From the NCBI GenBank assembly GCA_048128005.1, contig JBEUKZ010000132.1:62001-126000 (forward strand): 64,000 nucleotides of DNA. Reading direction: 5' to 3'. The DNA is from Veleropilina oligotropha (taxonomy: Eukaryota). Positions 38,901 through 51,380 of this stretch are shown piece after piece. Within the stretch, counting starts at the first letter, position 1; each line of letters begins with the position of its first letter. The notes under the pieces were generated by a model. The model was not told the DNA's origin, did not search any database, and was given only the letters and a program-made list of their open reading frames with translations. The position numbers and the translations under genes are program-made.

Positions 38901-40228
38901 TGGGACTTTCTTATCTTCTCACGATTCTTCTTGTTGTACTTTGCTTGTGATTCTCTGATTTCGTCTTGATTTTCTTCACTATACTGTGCTTGATACTTCC
39001 TCTTTTTGGTGTGATGTCTCAAGTCATAGACTGCCTGGGCCATTCTGTTGACTTCTTGGTGTTCCTGGTTGTACTTTGCCTGAGACTTTCGAATTTCTTC
39101 CTGGTGTTCCTGATTGTACTTTGCCTGAGACTTTCGAATTTCTTCCTCGTGGTCCTGGTTGTACTTTGCCTGAGACTTTCGAATTTCTTTCTGGTGTTCC
39201 TGATTGGACTTTGCCTGAGACTTTCGAATTTCTTCCTCGTGGTCCTGGTTGTACTTTGCCTGAGACTTTCGAATTTCTTTCTGGTGGACCTGGTTGTACT
39301 TTGCCTGAGACTTTCTCTTCTCTTCTCGATGGTCCTTGTCATAATTTGCCTGATATTTTCTCATTTCCTCTTGTTGTGTCTTGTCATAGACTGTTTGCTT
39401 CTTTGCAATCTGTGCTCTGAGTTGTTTGTTGTATTGAATGTGAGTACTCTGGACTGATTCCTTGTTCCGTTCTCTATAGACTCTTTTAGACTCGATGATC
39501 TTCTCATGATCTTCCTTGTTTTTGCGTTTCTTGTAGCATTGCCGAACTGATTTTGACACAGCTTGAAGATGGAGCATGTCATACTTTAGCTTGCAGTTGA
39601 TAGATCTTGCCAGGTGACCAAGTAGTGACTTTACACTCTTACCACATCCTCTGCAGTCTACACCTGACAGCACTGACTGAAGAGGAACCAGAGACTGGAA
39701 GTGTCTTCTTGGAAGATGACCAATGGCCAAGATAGGTCCTGGATTTGCTGGTTCCTGTTCGTCATACTGAGCACTGATGTTGTAGCCTGACTGCCCTGGG
39801 GACACAATCTTGATGTCTCTGCCAATAAACCATGATGTGCAAGTGATGATGATGTCCTCTGCCCAGGTCCCAGTTGACCTCATTTTCTGCATGAACTGAT
39901 TCCACACGTCCGAATCCCTTTGCCTTGGCGCCTTCTTGTTATCTGAAATGCACCCTATCTTCATGGCCCTGAATTCTTCATTCCTGTCTTCATTGTCAAT
40001 CCTCTCAATGAAGTCGCACACAGCAAGCCTGAGTTTCACATGATCTTCTGCTGCCACCAGCACATGATCTGGTAGTCCTTGCCTGTGTTGCTCCTCTTTT
40101 AAAAGTTGTACAACAGCATGAAACCAGCAGTTTCCATCATTGTCTGTGCACTCCTTGTAGGTGAGAGGCAAATCCAGCTGGTTAACAAACTGCATCACCT
40201 CATTTGCCAACTTCTGACTAAGTGCCAT
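35933..40228 (-). pseudogene. Helentron polyprotein, N-terminal part: OTU-like protease, Zn finger, 15-aa repeats, HUH/Y2 Rep
   Basis: DGNCWFHAV...GTWAE...HFQSL (OTU-like); CRGC...HLARSINC; CVCCQRL...CTTC; FFTLSCAD, VEFQMRGAGHIHGVLW, YITDYYSK (Rep motifs 1-3); ends at an in-frame TAG with the frame continuing into the helicase. Confidence 0.9.
38830..39420 (-). repeat. 45-bp (15-aa) coding tandem repeat in the Helentron ORF
   Basis: (E/K)EIRKSQAKYNQ(E/D)H(Q/E); near-perfect at ~39060-39315, degenerate on both sides. Confidence 0.92.
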
Positions 40229-40430
40229 AATGTTTTGGATATGTTAAATGGTGGATGTTGAGCACTTATATTTCCTTTGGGCCTTAGTTACCACAGATTT
40301 GTAACATTATAATATAATGGAACAAAAACGTTAATATTAAATCAGTAGTGAAATATGATACAAAGGTAATCATTTATCTAGATAGCGTGTATTAATTAGA
40401 CAATAGCACTACTCCATAAAAAGTGTTATG

Positions 40431-41376
40431 TATAGGTTAACCAACATGGGACTGTTGATTCTTGAAAAATAATGCACGAGGGCCGACAGGCCCGAGTGCA
40501 TTAATTATCAAGAATCAACAGTCCCAAGTTGGTTAACTTATTTAATCCATTTTGACAATATTAGCTATTTGTTATATTTTAAACATTATTATATACATGA
40601 AATCGCCAATTTAAAAACAATACGATAGAAATTTTGTACGAATTGGGGTTTACTCTCCCAAAACTCCTGTCGGATCCCATTCCTAATTAGTTGAAGGCGC
40701 CGCTTAATCATGGTTATGAATAGACGTTTAATGTGCTCGTTAAGTGCAATTATACCGGCATGCACGGCGAAATATTTTTGCGTCCCGATGTTGTACATTT
40801 CAAAGCACGCTACACTTGGCTTCAGAATTTTGACCAGAGCACACGTGGGATTTACCTCTGCAGAGAGCATCAGGTATAGTATAATATTGCAAATATATGT
40901 TGTATTTTAACGACATTTCTGTGATATAATATTTAAATAGCTCTCGGTGTTCGTTTCAAAGTAAAGCAATGGAACATCGTTCATATGAACAACAGCATTA
41001 TATGGAGTATTGCCAGATTCTTCTGAACGTTAAACGTGTATTACATTTTCTTCATTTGGGTAACGAATTTAATGTGCTTGAAGTTTGTTGGCAGTGCAAA
41101 AATGTTGTCTACGCGTTAAAATAATTAATATTTTCTTTTCAGTGTCCAAGTGTACTAGAATGGACTCGTCCGCAGATAAATCTACCTCTTTGGATTATAT
41201 ACTGCGTTAAACATGCTTTCCTCATTTTCTGGAATGGAATCGTCCATAGCATGGAATTAATGCACATAACGCTTGTTTAATTGGTCTTTCAAGCAGACAC
41301 AATGATTTTGTAGCAGTGGATTCGTGAAAAATAATCTACAGTTAATACAATGGAAAAGTAGGTCAAAATGGATTAA
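40431..41376. mobile_element. Palindrome-headed non-autonomous element (possibly Crypton-type)
   Basis: ~110-bp hairpin 40431-40541 centred on ggcc-gaca-ggcc, followed by ttaatccattttgac whose inverse gtcaaaatggattaa is at 41362-41376. Confidence 0.6.
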
Positions 41377-42153
41377 TGAGCGGATAGTAAATAGTGTAGT
41401 TTGATTGCTTTCTCTTGTTAGGGGAGATAACCCAATCCTCGATTGCATTTATCGGTGACAGTTTCTCAACCAAATGTCCTTTTTAAGCTAACTAATCAAT
41501 TGTATCATTAACATGAAATAAGTGATATAATGAATTCAGGATCAGCAGCGTATTAATTAATACGCCTTGGACGTTTCTATTGTAATGCTGTACAACAACA
41601 TGAAACCATCAGCTGCCATGTGTGATACATATAATACAGACCACGTTTCTGTATGATTTAATATGTATTCGTGAAAGAGCTGACATGAATCATTATTCCT
41701 AGATTTTCACAAATTGGTTTTCAAGAGTTACGCCCCTTTGACAGAGTTAGTTAATTATAACAAAATTAATGAATTATAATAAAATTAATGAATTATAATT
41801 TAATAAAGCATGCTAAGTCTTAAAATGTTTAACTGTTATACCTCTTTTACAACTGTGAAACAAGTGTGATACATATAATACAGACCATGTTTCTGTATGA
41901 TTTAATAATTATTCATGAAGGAACTCACATGGTAATTATCTATTCTATAGCGTCTCTCACTTCATACATCAAGGGATCATGCACTTTTTTCAAATTGGCT
42001 TGTCGAAGTCGCTGAAAAGGTGGAAGATCTGGTTGAAATCAATTCAAAATTGTCTTCCCCCCAAGAAGAACAACAACAACTTACATGTACCATTCATTGA
42101 CCCTGCTAGACGCAGGTAAAAAGGTGCGTTGTATCGAGGCTGTCGTGTACTAA

Positions 42154-43166
42154 TTGTATCCCCCGAAACGTAAGTATCGGGGGATACTATGTTTTAGCAT
42201 CCGTTACGTCGCCGCCCGAGAGATTCCTCATGATCACACTAGACAAGCCATTTCTTAACGGAATGTTTTCAAACTTGGTATGTGCATTGGTTGGGGCGAG
42301 GACACGACACTTATATAATTTGGGTGTGGTCCGACCTCCAAGATGGCCGTCACAGCCTCCATCTTCGATTTTAAAGCATAATACCTTATGATCACTCTAG
42401 ACAGACCATTTCTTAATGGAATGTTTCCACATTTGGTATGTGCATTGTTTGGAGCGAGGGCACACCACCTATCGATTTGAATGTGGTCCGACCTCCAAGA
42501 TGGCCGCCACCGCGCCTGCCGAGAGATTCCTCGGGATCTCTCTAGACAGGCCATTTTTAAGCGCAATGTTTTCAAATTTGGTATGTGCATTGGGTGGGGC
42601 GAGGACATGACACCTATAGATTTTGGGTGTGGTCCGACCTCAAAGATGGCCGCCACGGCCACCATAAATGCTTGTGATCGCTCTAGACATTTCTTAACGG
42701 AATGTTTTCAAATTTGGTATGTGCATTGGTTTGGGTGAGGACACAGCACTTATAGATTTCGGGTGTGGTCCGAACTCCAAGATGGCAGCCGTCGAGAGAT
42801 TCCTCGTGATCGATCTAGACAGGCCATTTCTTAACGGAATGTTTTCAAATTTGGTATGTGCATTGGTTTGGGTGAGGACACGACACTTATAGATCTCGGG
42901 TGTGGCCCGACCTCCAAGATGGCCGCCATAGAGAGATTCCTTGTGATCGCTCTAGACAGGTAATTTCTAAACGGAATGTTTTCAAATTTGGTATGTGCAT
43001 TGGTTTGGGTGCGGAAACGACACCTAGAGATTTTGGGTGTGGTCTGACCTCCAATATTTCCGCTGTGGCCTCCGTCTTGGATTTTAAAGCATAATTCCTT
43101 GTGATCGCTCTAGACAGGTCATTACCGGGGGATACATATGCGGTCACTCGTGACTGAGCATCTAGT
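42154..43166 (+). mobile_element. HINE-like element with ~135-165-bp internal repeats
   Basis: gtatcccccga...tcgggggatac 5' inverted repeat; ~6 repeats (aacggaatgttttcaaatttggtatgtgcattgg...caagatggccgcc); 3' cgggggatac + gtcac-tc-gtgac hairpin + CTAGT. Confidence 0.85.
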
Positions 43167-44042
43167 ATGTTAATGAACAGGCTATCCTAGGTACCATGTA
43201 TAAATGTTGAAATGAGTATTTCTGTTTATTATAAGTAATTTAATATGCAGGCTGCAATTTACGAACATCAAAGGAATATGGATATATTCATGAAAAATAA
43301 TCTTAATGGACAGAAAATTCATACTGATGCGTGTGTCAAAAACGTGCTAGAGGGGTCATCTCTGGAAGAGAGGCTCCTCTTCTCTCCAACATAATAAGAT
43401 ATGTGGCAGAAGTGTTACGTGTACAAAAATTGTCAAGTTGATGTCATATGCTATGAATTAATCAAATGGACTGTTACACTTTTTCAAGGTGATTATTGTC
43501 ACAAAATAAGACAATCAATGGTCGTAAGATATATTTAATAAGAAAAATATCTTCCACAATATATAAAATACACAATGCGGCATAAGTTATGTCACCCTGT
43601 CAAGTTCTGTAACCTGAAAATATTGGAAACATAATATATGTTAACTGGAACGAGTCAATTTTAATATTGATGAAGTACTGTACCATCAAATCTGTTATCT
43701 TGCTTCTCAAAGCATCTAAACTTCAGGGGCATCGATGGTCACTTGTCTATTCTGAGCCGCTCGCATACCTATGGGGCCCCAAACTAAAACCCTGGGTCAG
43801 CCCCTGGTGATATCCTTTTGCATTCTATATAACTTAGAAGCTACAAAACTACCATATCTCACAGTATGAAAATATATGTGTTTTATTTCTATATCATGTA
43901 GATATACATGGTAATTGCCTACTTTATACATATACTTGTAGCGATTGTATCTTTACAGTATTGTGTATATATTTATACAACTATATGTAGGGCGATTATT
44001 GTAATCCTGTGTATTTTGGTAATACACCATTATTGTCATGTC

Positions 44043-44477
44043 GCGGGATACTATGATTTAGCGTCCGTTACACCGACGCGTTCGCCGAGAGATTCCTCGT
44101 GATCGCTCTAGACAGACCGTTTCTTAACGGAATGTTTTCAAATTTGGCATGTGCATAATGGTTGGGGCAAAGACATGAATTTGGATGTCTTCCGACCTCC
44201 AAGATGGCTGCTGTGGCCTCCATCTTGGAATTTAAGCATAATTCCTTGTGATCGCTCTAGAGAGGCCATTTCTTAACGGAATATTTTAAAATTTGGTATG
44301 TGCATTGGTTGAGGTGAGGACACTGCCTACAGATTTTGGTTGTGGTCCAACCTCCATCTTGGAGTTTAAAGCATAATTTCATGTGATCGCTCTAGACAGA
44401 TCTTTTCTTAACAGAATGCTTTCACATTTGGTTACTGGGGGATACATATGCGGTCACTCGTGACCGAGCGGTCTAGT
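44043..44477 (+). mobile_element. Shorter, 5'-eroded copy of the HINE at 42154-43166
   Basis: Same internal repeat and same 3' end gggggatacatatgcggtcactcgtgacc...ctagt. Confidence 0.83.
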
Positions 44478-45564
44478 TATTGTTTGTAAGATGTTTTGAA
44501 TGTCGTGATTTCATTTGAGAACATTAAACTTTGGAATGTATTTTAGGTGTGGAAAAAAGATATGCATTGTTTAATTTGTTTTGTATATAAATGTTAATAC
44601 CAAGACTAAATATTATTTGTGATTTTGGCTGAGTACAGTTGTTATTTATTAAAATTGTATGTCTATACTTTAATAGTAAGACAATGAGTGAATATAACTG
44701 TTTTGTTGAAGACTGAAAATTTACATTCTATGTCAATTATGTTAACGATTAATCAGTATTTTTGACATCCTTCATCAATTGAATAAACAAAATAAAAACA
44801 TAAATAGTAGACATTTTCAAATCCTGTTTCGAAAATCATTTCATTAATTAAATGATAGTTTAGTATTGTTCCAATCTTTTACTGAAGCAATTTTATTGTT
44901 TTTGCTGTAATTATTGTTAATAGTAGAAGTATTATCTTTCAAAAGTATTTTGAACCAGTATTCTCAAAGTGCTGGCTTATTTTTGGTTACGTCCAAATCA
45001 CATTGAACTCGCAAAGTCTCGTCAGATCAACGAAGTTTAGCAATGTTGGACCTGAGATGGAAAATTAATTGAAACCATATACAATTCGTGTAATTTTCGA
45101 ATGGTCTGAAGTGAATATAATTATGCTGGTGTTTGTACGACCATGGTACACGTACCGGGTTTTGACAATGCAACTCTGTTCCCCAGATCCAATACGTGTT
45201 ATATTAAAATATAGGTGAAATCTAGTGTTGATATGTCCGAGCTACGAATGTAAGTTGTTGATATGTTGTGTAATAAACTAATGATATATGGTGAGTTAAT
45301 TGTGTTGCTTATTTTGGAACCATTGGATATATCGCCTAACTGCCTGAAACAGGTATTACCATAGTTTCTCTATTGATGTGTCTTCTGTCTCTTCCCATCT
45401 TGTTTTGTTGAATTGTCCTTTCATTTATACTATCACCTGCGCTAATGCCTATTTACAAGTTTTCTCCATTTGGACGATCATTCACAATACATGTACTCCA
45501 TTTGTCCAGCACATTTCAGCAAATTTGGTGAAGTCGTGCAAGTGTCTTTGAATTAGAGTATCAG

Positions 45565-45920
45565 ATATTTCATCATCAAATGAAATACATGATCAAACAT
45601 GTTTTGAAAAATGATTTCAAGAGTTTTGTATTGGATATTAATAAAACCTATGACTCATCTAGACACAATATATTTCAACATCAACATGATCAAACCTGTT
45701 TTGACAATTCATTCAGAGAGTTTTGTATTGGATATTAATAAAACCTATGACTCATCTAGACACAATATATTTCATCATCAACATGATCAAACATGTTTTG
45801 ACAATTCATTCAGAGAGTTTTGTATTGGATATTAATAAAACCTATGACTCATGTAGACACAATATATTTCATCATGAAATACATGTTTTGACAATTCAGT
45901 TTTTGTATTGGATATTAATA
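45565..45920 (+). repeat. ~97-bp tandem repeat, 3-4 copies
   Basis: ttgtattggatattaata recurs at 45626, 45723, 45820 and 45903. Confidence 0.85.
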
Positions 45921-46714
45921 ATAATTACTCGTGTGTGATGTGAATACAATATGAATAGGGCTCGAATCACTGGGCTCGAACCATTGGGTTAGAACATCCT
46001 AGGGTTATTAAAGCATTTGATTTTTCTTATACTGAATGAGTGCAAGAATAGGAATTACGGAAATTATATACTTTACCCGAGATTGTTGCACAATCACTTG
46101 AAATCCCATTAATAGTCCGGTCATTAAATAATTGAGGTTCAACAAAATTTGTACAAAATCTTTCTCTGTGGGTTTCACCTCTTTGATACCTCTACTCAAA
46201 AGAAAAATAAAGTTTGCCAAAATATGACTTGGGGAACTACCAAAAAATAGGTCAAATCCAAGATGGCCACCATTAAAATTAACAAAATTGGAAACAAATT
46301 CAAATAAGGAAATAGCCAAGATAAAAACATGTATACATATATATATGCTAGGGAATGGTATTTTCAAATACTATAATACATAAATTCAAAATGGCCTCCA
46401 ACATTTGTTGAAACATGCAAAATTATTATATCTACATGTACATAACTAACGGCAGTAGAAAATGGTCAGAAATCTCTACCAATTGGCAAATTCAAACCCC
46501 TTAAATCTATATATTCCATTTTGATTTAAAATTATAACGTTCATATACCTCTAAAACATGGTGTTATTCACTTTAACCCTTTAACATTACCAATTGGATT
46601 GTATAACCTATGTCCTTTGTATTTACATTATGGCAACATATTAATTTTGTACAAGCTCTCGTTGATAATGTTATATTAGGATTGTTACTACAAATGTTGC
46701 TCAACGTTGGTGAT

Positions 46715-46926
46715 TAAATGTCACCGTGATGCGGGCGGTTCGAACCACAGGAGGAAACCCATGGAAAACCCACCCTTTCCGTCCAGTTACGGGCAACCGT
46801 GATTCATAACTTTGAACAAATAATGACGTCCCAACCGAGTTTCTAACCCACTACTGGCCGTGTCAGTGGAATTAAACCAGTGATTTTTCGGAGTCTGCAA
46901 CCGAAACCGAGACTGTCAGAGCGGCC
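46715..46926 (-). mobile_element. Degenerate SINE (family B) inside the Academ element
   Basis: Similar to 16420-16610 (gaggaaaccc, gtgattcataact, acccactact...gaatt/caa.ccagtga, agcggc). Confidence 0.6.
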
Positions 46927-47061
46927 AATTGTGGGATGAAAATGTAAGTTTAACACTATCGTGCGTATCTACAATTATAATGTCTTGCCTAAAATTTGCA
47001 CAGCGCATCCATATTAGTCGGTGGTGTCACTGGAATCATGAATTTGCCCATTTGTGCACGT

Positions 47062-50000
47062 TATCCCTTTTCACATTTGAATCCATTTTTTCTGCAGGAG
47101 CATGTGTTTCTAGCACACATTCCTGTACAGTTGCATTTAATGATCTTGAGTAGAGATGTAGGTGCAGCAAGCTGATCCATTCTGTGTGGCTTGAGGATGG
47201 ACTCGTGCTGGGATTTTTAGAGAACCCAGCCCCATTCTGTAGCCGCCATGTTTTTGCCTAACCAGGCCTGCACTTGGAGGTAGACCCGCTGGCTGTGGAA
47301 TCTGGCAGCATCTGAGGTCGGTGGAAGACGTTCAGGGGGAAGATAGCCAGAGCTTGAAGCAACTTTCTCAGTGAACTTAGATGCAAGTTCAACATTAACA
47401 TCTGAATCATGCTTGCAACCGTAAAGGGTTGCAATCGCCTGGCTACCTCATAGCTCAAGTTCCACATGATTAATATCTGTCATCATGAACAACTCGGCGA
47501 ATTTCTTGAGGCCACAGTATTTACCAATAGATCGACCGAGGTCGGAGTCAAGTTCCTTTCGCATGATGGATATATCAATGAGCTGTGTGCTTGTTTGAAG
47601 ATAGATGGGCTCATGGTTGCTGGGTTGTGGTGTTGTGGTAGAATGATAAGGTCCGTGTCATTCCCTACAACTACCACAGGCTGTGTCAGAGCAATTGCAC
47701 AGGCGGTCATTGCAATGTCATAATCAGCATCTCCAGATGAGTGACTGACTTGAATGCCTTTCTTCTCCATCTCAGATCCTAGGAGATGAATGAATTTCTG
47801 TTTGTTTCTTGTGTTTGCTAAAAATGGCTTTTTCTTCATTTTGAGCAACATATCTGGAATGAAATCCACATCCACCCCCATCTCACTGCCAGTTCTCTGA
47901 TGAGTCTCATCTTTGGTAGATGGGCCACTGCCATAGCCATCAAACACACCGCGAGCGTTGTGATAGTGCCGTCATAGTGGTTGTGTACAAACGCAATATA
48001 GAGCTGGCAGAGAATGGTATACGATGTTGACTTTGTCCAAGGCAGGCGCCGTAACAGGGCGCCTCCATCGATAACATAGGTAACATGGATGGGCATCTTC
48101 TTTATTACACAAGCTGGTACCTTCTTGACTAGCTCATCCAGTAGATCAGTCTTAACTGCAAGTCGCATAAACAGTTTTGTGTCGAATAAGGATGAGGGAT
48201 ATGAGCACAGCTCATATTGGAACAGTGTCTGTAGATCAATAGTGCCAAAGCCTGCAACAAGGAGGCGCCGATACAGTTGCTTTGGATCGATCTGGATCTT
48301 CTCACCATCAACAGATACATGCACTGATGAATCTAGGTTATTAAATTGATGTTTTTTAGTGAATTTGTGTTTTGCAACTGACAGTCCCTCGATAGATTCC
48401 AGTATAGCATCACCGACAGTTTCAGCAGAGTCAACGTCTACTGATCCTTCCAGTGCTATCGCTCCTGACGACAGGCTCCGGAGTTCTTTAGAATTCTGTG
48501 AGAATGGCTTTCTCTCTTCAAGATAATCAATGGTGGACTGTAGATCTTTGTCATCACGCTTGAGTCTTACCTGTGTGAGATCTTTGTGTATCACTCCTGG
48601 ACCTGAAATACCTGTTATCTCCTGCATAGCCTTGTGCACTTCACCGCATGCGGGCATAGATAGTAACCAGATCAAACTGGTTGATTACTCGAAACCACGT
48701 CTTCTAGTCAGCCCACCAACTGATTTTACGCTGCCCATCAGAACTTGCTCAATATACAGGTCACTACATATTCCTGCCCAGTGACTATCACTGCGACGGA
48801 GAACAAACAGTCCTTCCAGAAACATTGTATATACAGTGGGATGCGTCTCCTCCAACATTTCCACTTTTTCAGGTACAGTACAAGTGACTTTACGTAGTTG
48901 TGGCCTGACGCAGCTAGGTATGGAAGCATTTCATGAAGTGACTGAAGATAAATCGTCCAATGTCCAGTACGAGCAGATCGAATGAGTGAACGGAGGATGC
49001 TCACCATATGCATGTACATGATCCAGAGCTTGGCTGTGCGGTACGGTGCCATGGATGTGCTCCACTTCTCTGCAGTTGACTGTAGCTGTGAAATGACATC
49101 TGATGCGAGAGCATCATTCAGACTCGATTTCCCATCACCGACCTTGGACATCAGCTCACTGGCCCTCTCGAGAAGGACATGGACCGCCACACCTCCTCTC
49201 TCTGTAACTTCATCGTCCGCTACTCCCAGAACCACATCAGTAATGATCACATTGCAGGCCAGGGCCGCAACATCACCTGCAACACTATCATTGTCAGGAG
49301 CATTGTCAGCGGCACTCAATGATGATGGCGACTCCACAGGCTGATCTTCAAACACTTTAGGCACAGGAATGTCAAACATGGCAATGGTATTGAGAGCGCT
49401 ATCAACAAGGAAATGAGCCCACACAGCTCGTGCCACTGCCTTGCCAGACAGCATCTGATCCACACTCCCCTCTGCATACACTTGAGAGATAATCTCCCCC
49501 AAAACAGATCCATCCATCAAGCTTCCAATTTCACCCAGGAAACTCATCTCGGTATGAAATCCTCCCAACATCAAGATAATCTTGCGAAGTGGGCTGTCAG
49601 TTGGCTGTGATTCAATTATCATGTATGCAATCCACCATAGCTGCTGGTCAAATGTAACGATTGGGGTGACTCCATGTCGCCTCGCATGGTCGGACAAGTA
49701 CTCCAGGGTCGATCTGACACAGGCTGGATCACTTGGTGTCAAATCAATTAGCGGTAGGAACATCTCAGAACTTTTGCCAGTGTGTGGGATGTGCGAATGG
49801 AGCATCTGCATGCAGCCAGACCACAGCGGTCGAGACTTTGGGAAACTAAATGACACTCGCCAGAGCATGTCCAGGTAACTATTCCTGTTATCACGACTGA
49901 ACTTACCAAGTTTAGTATAGATAATGTTTTCTTGAACTGCCTTTGAGTTTATTTGCGGGACCAGTTTCACATGACAGACTTTCTTAAGATCATTCATGTT

Positions 50001-51380
50001 CACCTTCAGTCGAGGAACTCTCCGTATTACTTTTAAGGCGGGAGTAAATGTTCCCATCTGTCCCATGACATGGATCGAGCAACTACCATCAAGCGTTCTG
50101 CTGGCTTGGTCTACATTATCGGCTTGGTATTGTAGGAATGTGTCTGCAATGCCATCAAATAGATCAACACCTTAAGTGGTTGCTGCATTTTGTCTATACT
50201 TTGTTGCTTCAGTGTACGATGAGCAAAAGCCAAGTTTTCTGATCATGTCCACTAAATCACGGTGGTCATATTTGTGTTCTAGCATGACACAGAGTCCAAC
50301 TTGTAGAGGAGGAAGAAAAGAACGTGGACATGTTGATTGCATTATTGCCTGGCCAAATGAAGCAGTATGGAGCTTAGAGTTTCTACTCTTGACGATGGTT
50401 TCAAGTAGGATGCGTAATGAATATGGGAGATAATCCATATTTCTGTAAATAGATGCCATCTGATCAGAGTCTGGATATTCATCCTCGTGTTTGTCCATAT
50501 CTTTTATCTCTGAACGAATGTATTCCCCCACAATTTTGATGAAGTCATCCATGTTGGATTGGTCGGCTTTTGCTGCATTTACATGTATGATATTGTTCAC
50601 ATTCGATGTAAGAGTTACAATGTTAAGCTGTTGTCTTATTGTAGTTATGGACACATTGTGTCCAAAATAATTCACCAGCTCTCGTTTCAACTGAGTCCAC
50701 TTCTTAATTTCATAATGGAATGTAAATTATCTAATGTAATAGTCTCATCATCATTTTCTTCTAAGTATGTAATGGCAATCTCAAATGCTGCCAGTTTCTG
50801 TTTCTTCGGTGGAGCTTCCTCCTGTTTAGTGTATGCTGCAGGAATATCCCTCCCTAGGCAAAAATGTGTTCACATTCATGGTGATAGATAGCTTCCTCAG
50901 CGGGTAAGAGTTACAATGCACAATACGTGCCTGCACTAACGTGGCCCAGTCATCGTGCCTCTGGGCACACAGTGCTGCAATGTTTTTTTCTGGAAGTCGA
51001 GCGTCATCACATGGCTGAACTGAAGTACACGTCTATCTGGATGTTTGTAAGCAGCATCTTGGTCATCAGAAATTACACACAGAAACAGTCTGTCTTGAAA
51101 TTGAATGATGTAATACGAGATCGAAGTGTTTTCTGGGCTGTATCTGTAGATACACTACGTTTTTTATCTGCCTTGATTGCTTTTGGGTTAATATACTTTT
51201 ATTTCGACACTCTTTGTGTACAACAAGGAAGCAGTTTTCAGTATATATGATGTCTGGAACATGTAATTTGCGCAGTTTATTTGCATTGTTAATACCAATA
51301 CAGCCTTTTTCTGTCAACTTTGCGTAATCTTGAGGCTTGTCCATGTTAATTGCTCCCAGGCAGAGCACACAGGTAGCCAT
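47062..51380 (-). pseudogene. Academ-type transposase with XPG/PIN-like domain and C-terminal Cys-rich (CXC-like) domain, multiply frameshifted
   Basis: Fragments VH.ECR, IVTFDQQLW, LGGFHTEMSFL, RTGHW...LAASGHNY, YELCSYPSSLF, VIDGGALL, FDGY...STKD, GDADYDI, GNDTDL, LPPTSDAARFHSQRVYLQVQAW, CNCTGMCARNTCSCRKNG. Confidence 0.8.

Larger units (their letters stand above)
33082..40300 (-). mobile_element. Helentron (endonuclease-encoding Helitron), autonomous type, decaying; boundaries approximate
   Basis: One interrupted polyprotein reading frame 40228->33351 with Rep, PIF1 helicase and EEP domains; tentative 3' end acaac-acacac-gttgt hairpin + CTAG at 33082-33107. Confidence 0.9.

Noticed and set aside
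34200..39600. Many antisense and alternate-frame ORFs overlapping the Helentron (likewise within the Academ element)
   Set aside because: Shadow ORFs of long coding sequence and of the 45-bp repeat; no independent motifs
39680..40165. Functional link or gene capture between the Helentron OTU domain and the neighbouring USP36 deubiquitinase
   Set aside because: OTU and USP are unrelated families with no shared sequence here; OTU-like domains are a known Helentron component, so adjacency is probably chance
41620..41925. ~55-bp direct repeat (gtgtgatacatataatacagacca...) about 245 bp apart, as possible LTRs
   Set aside because: Too short, with no TG...CA termini, primer-binding site or TSD; looks like an old local duplication
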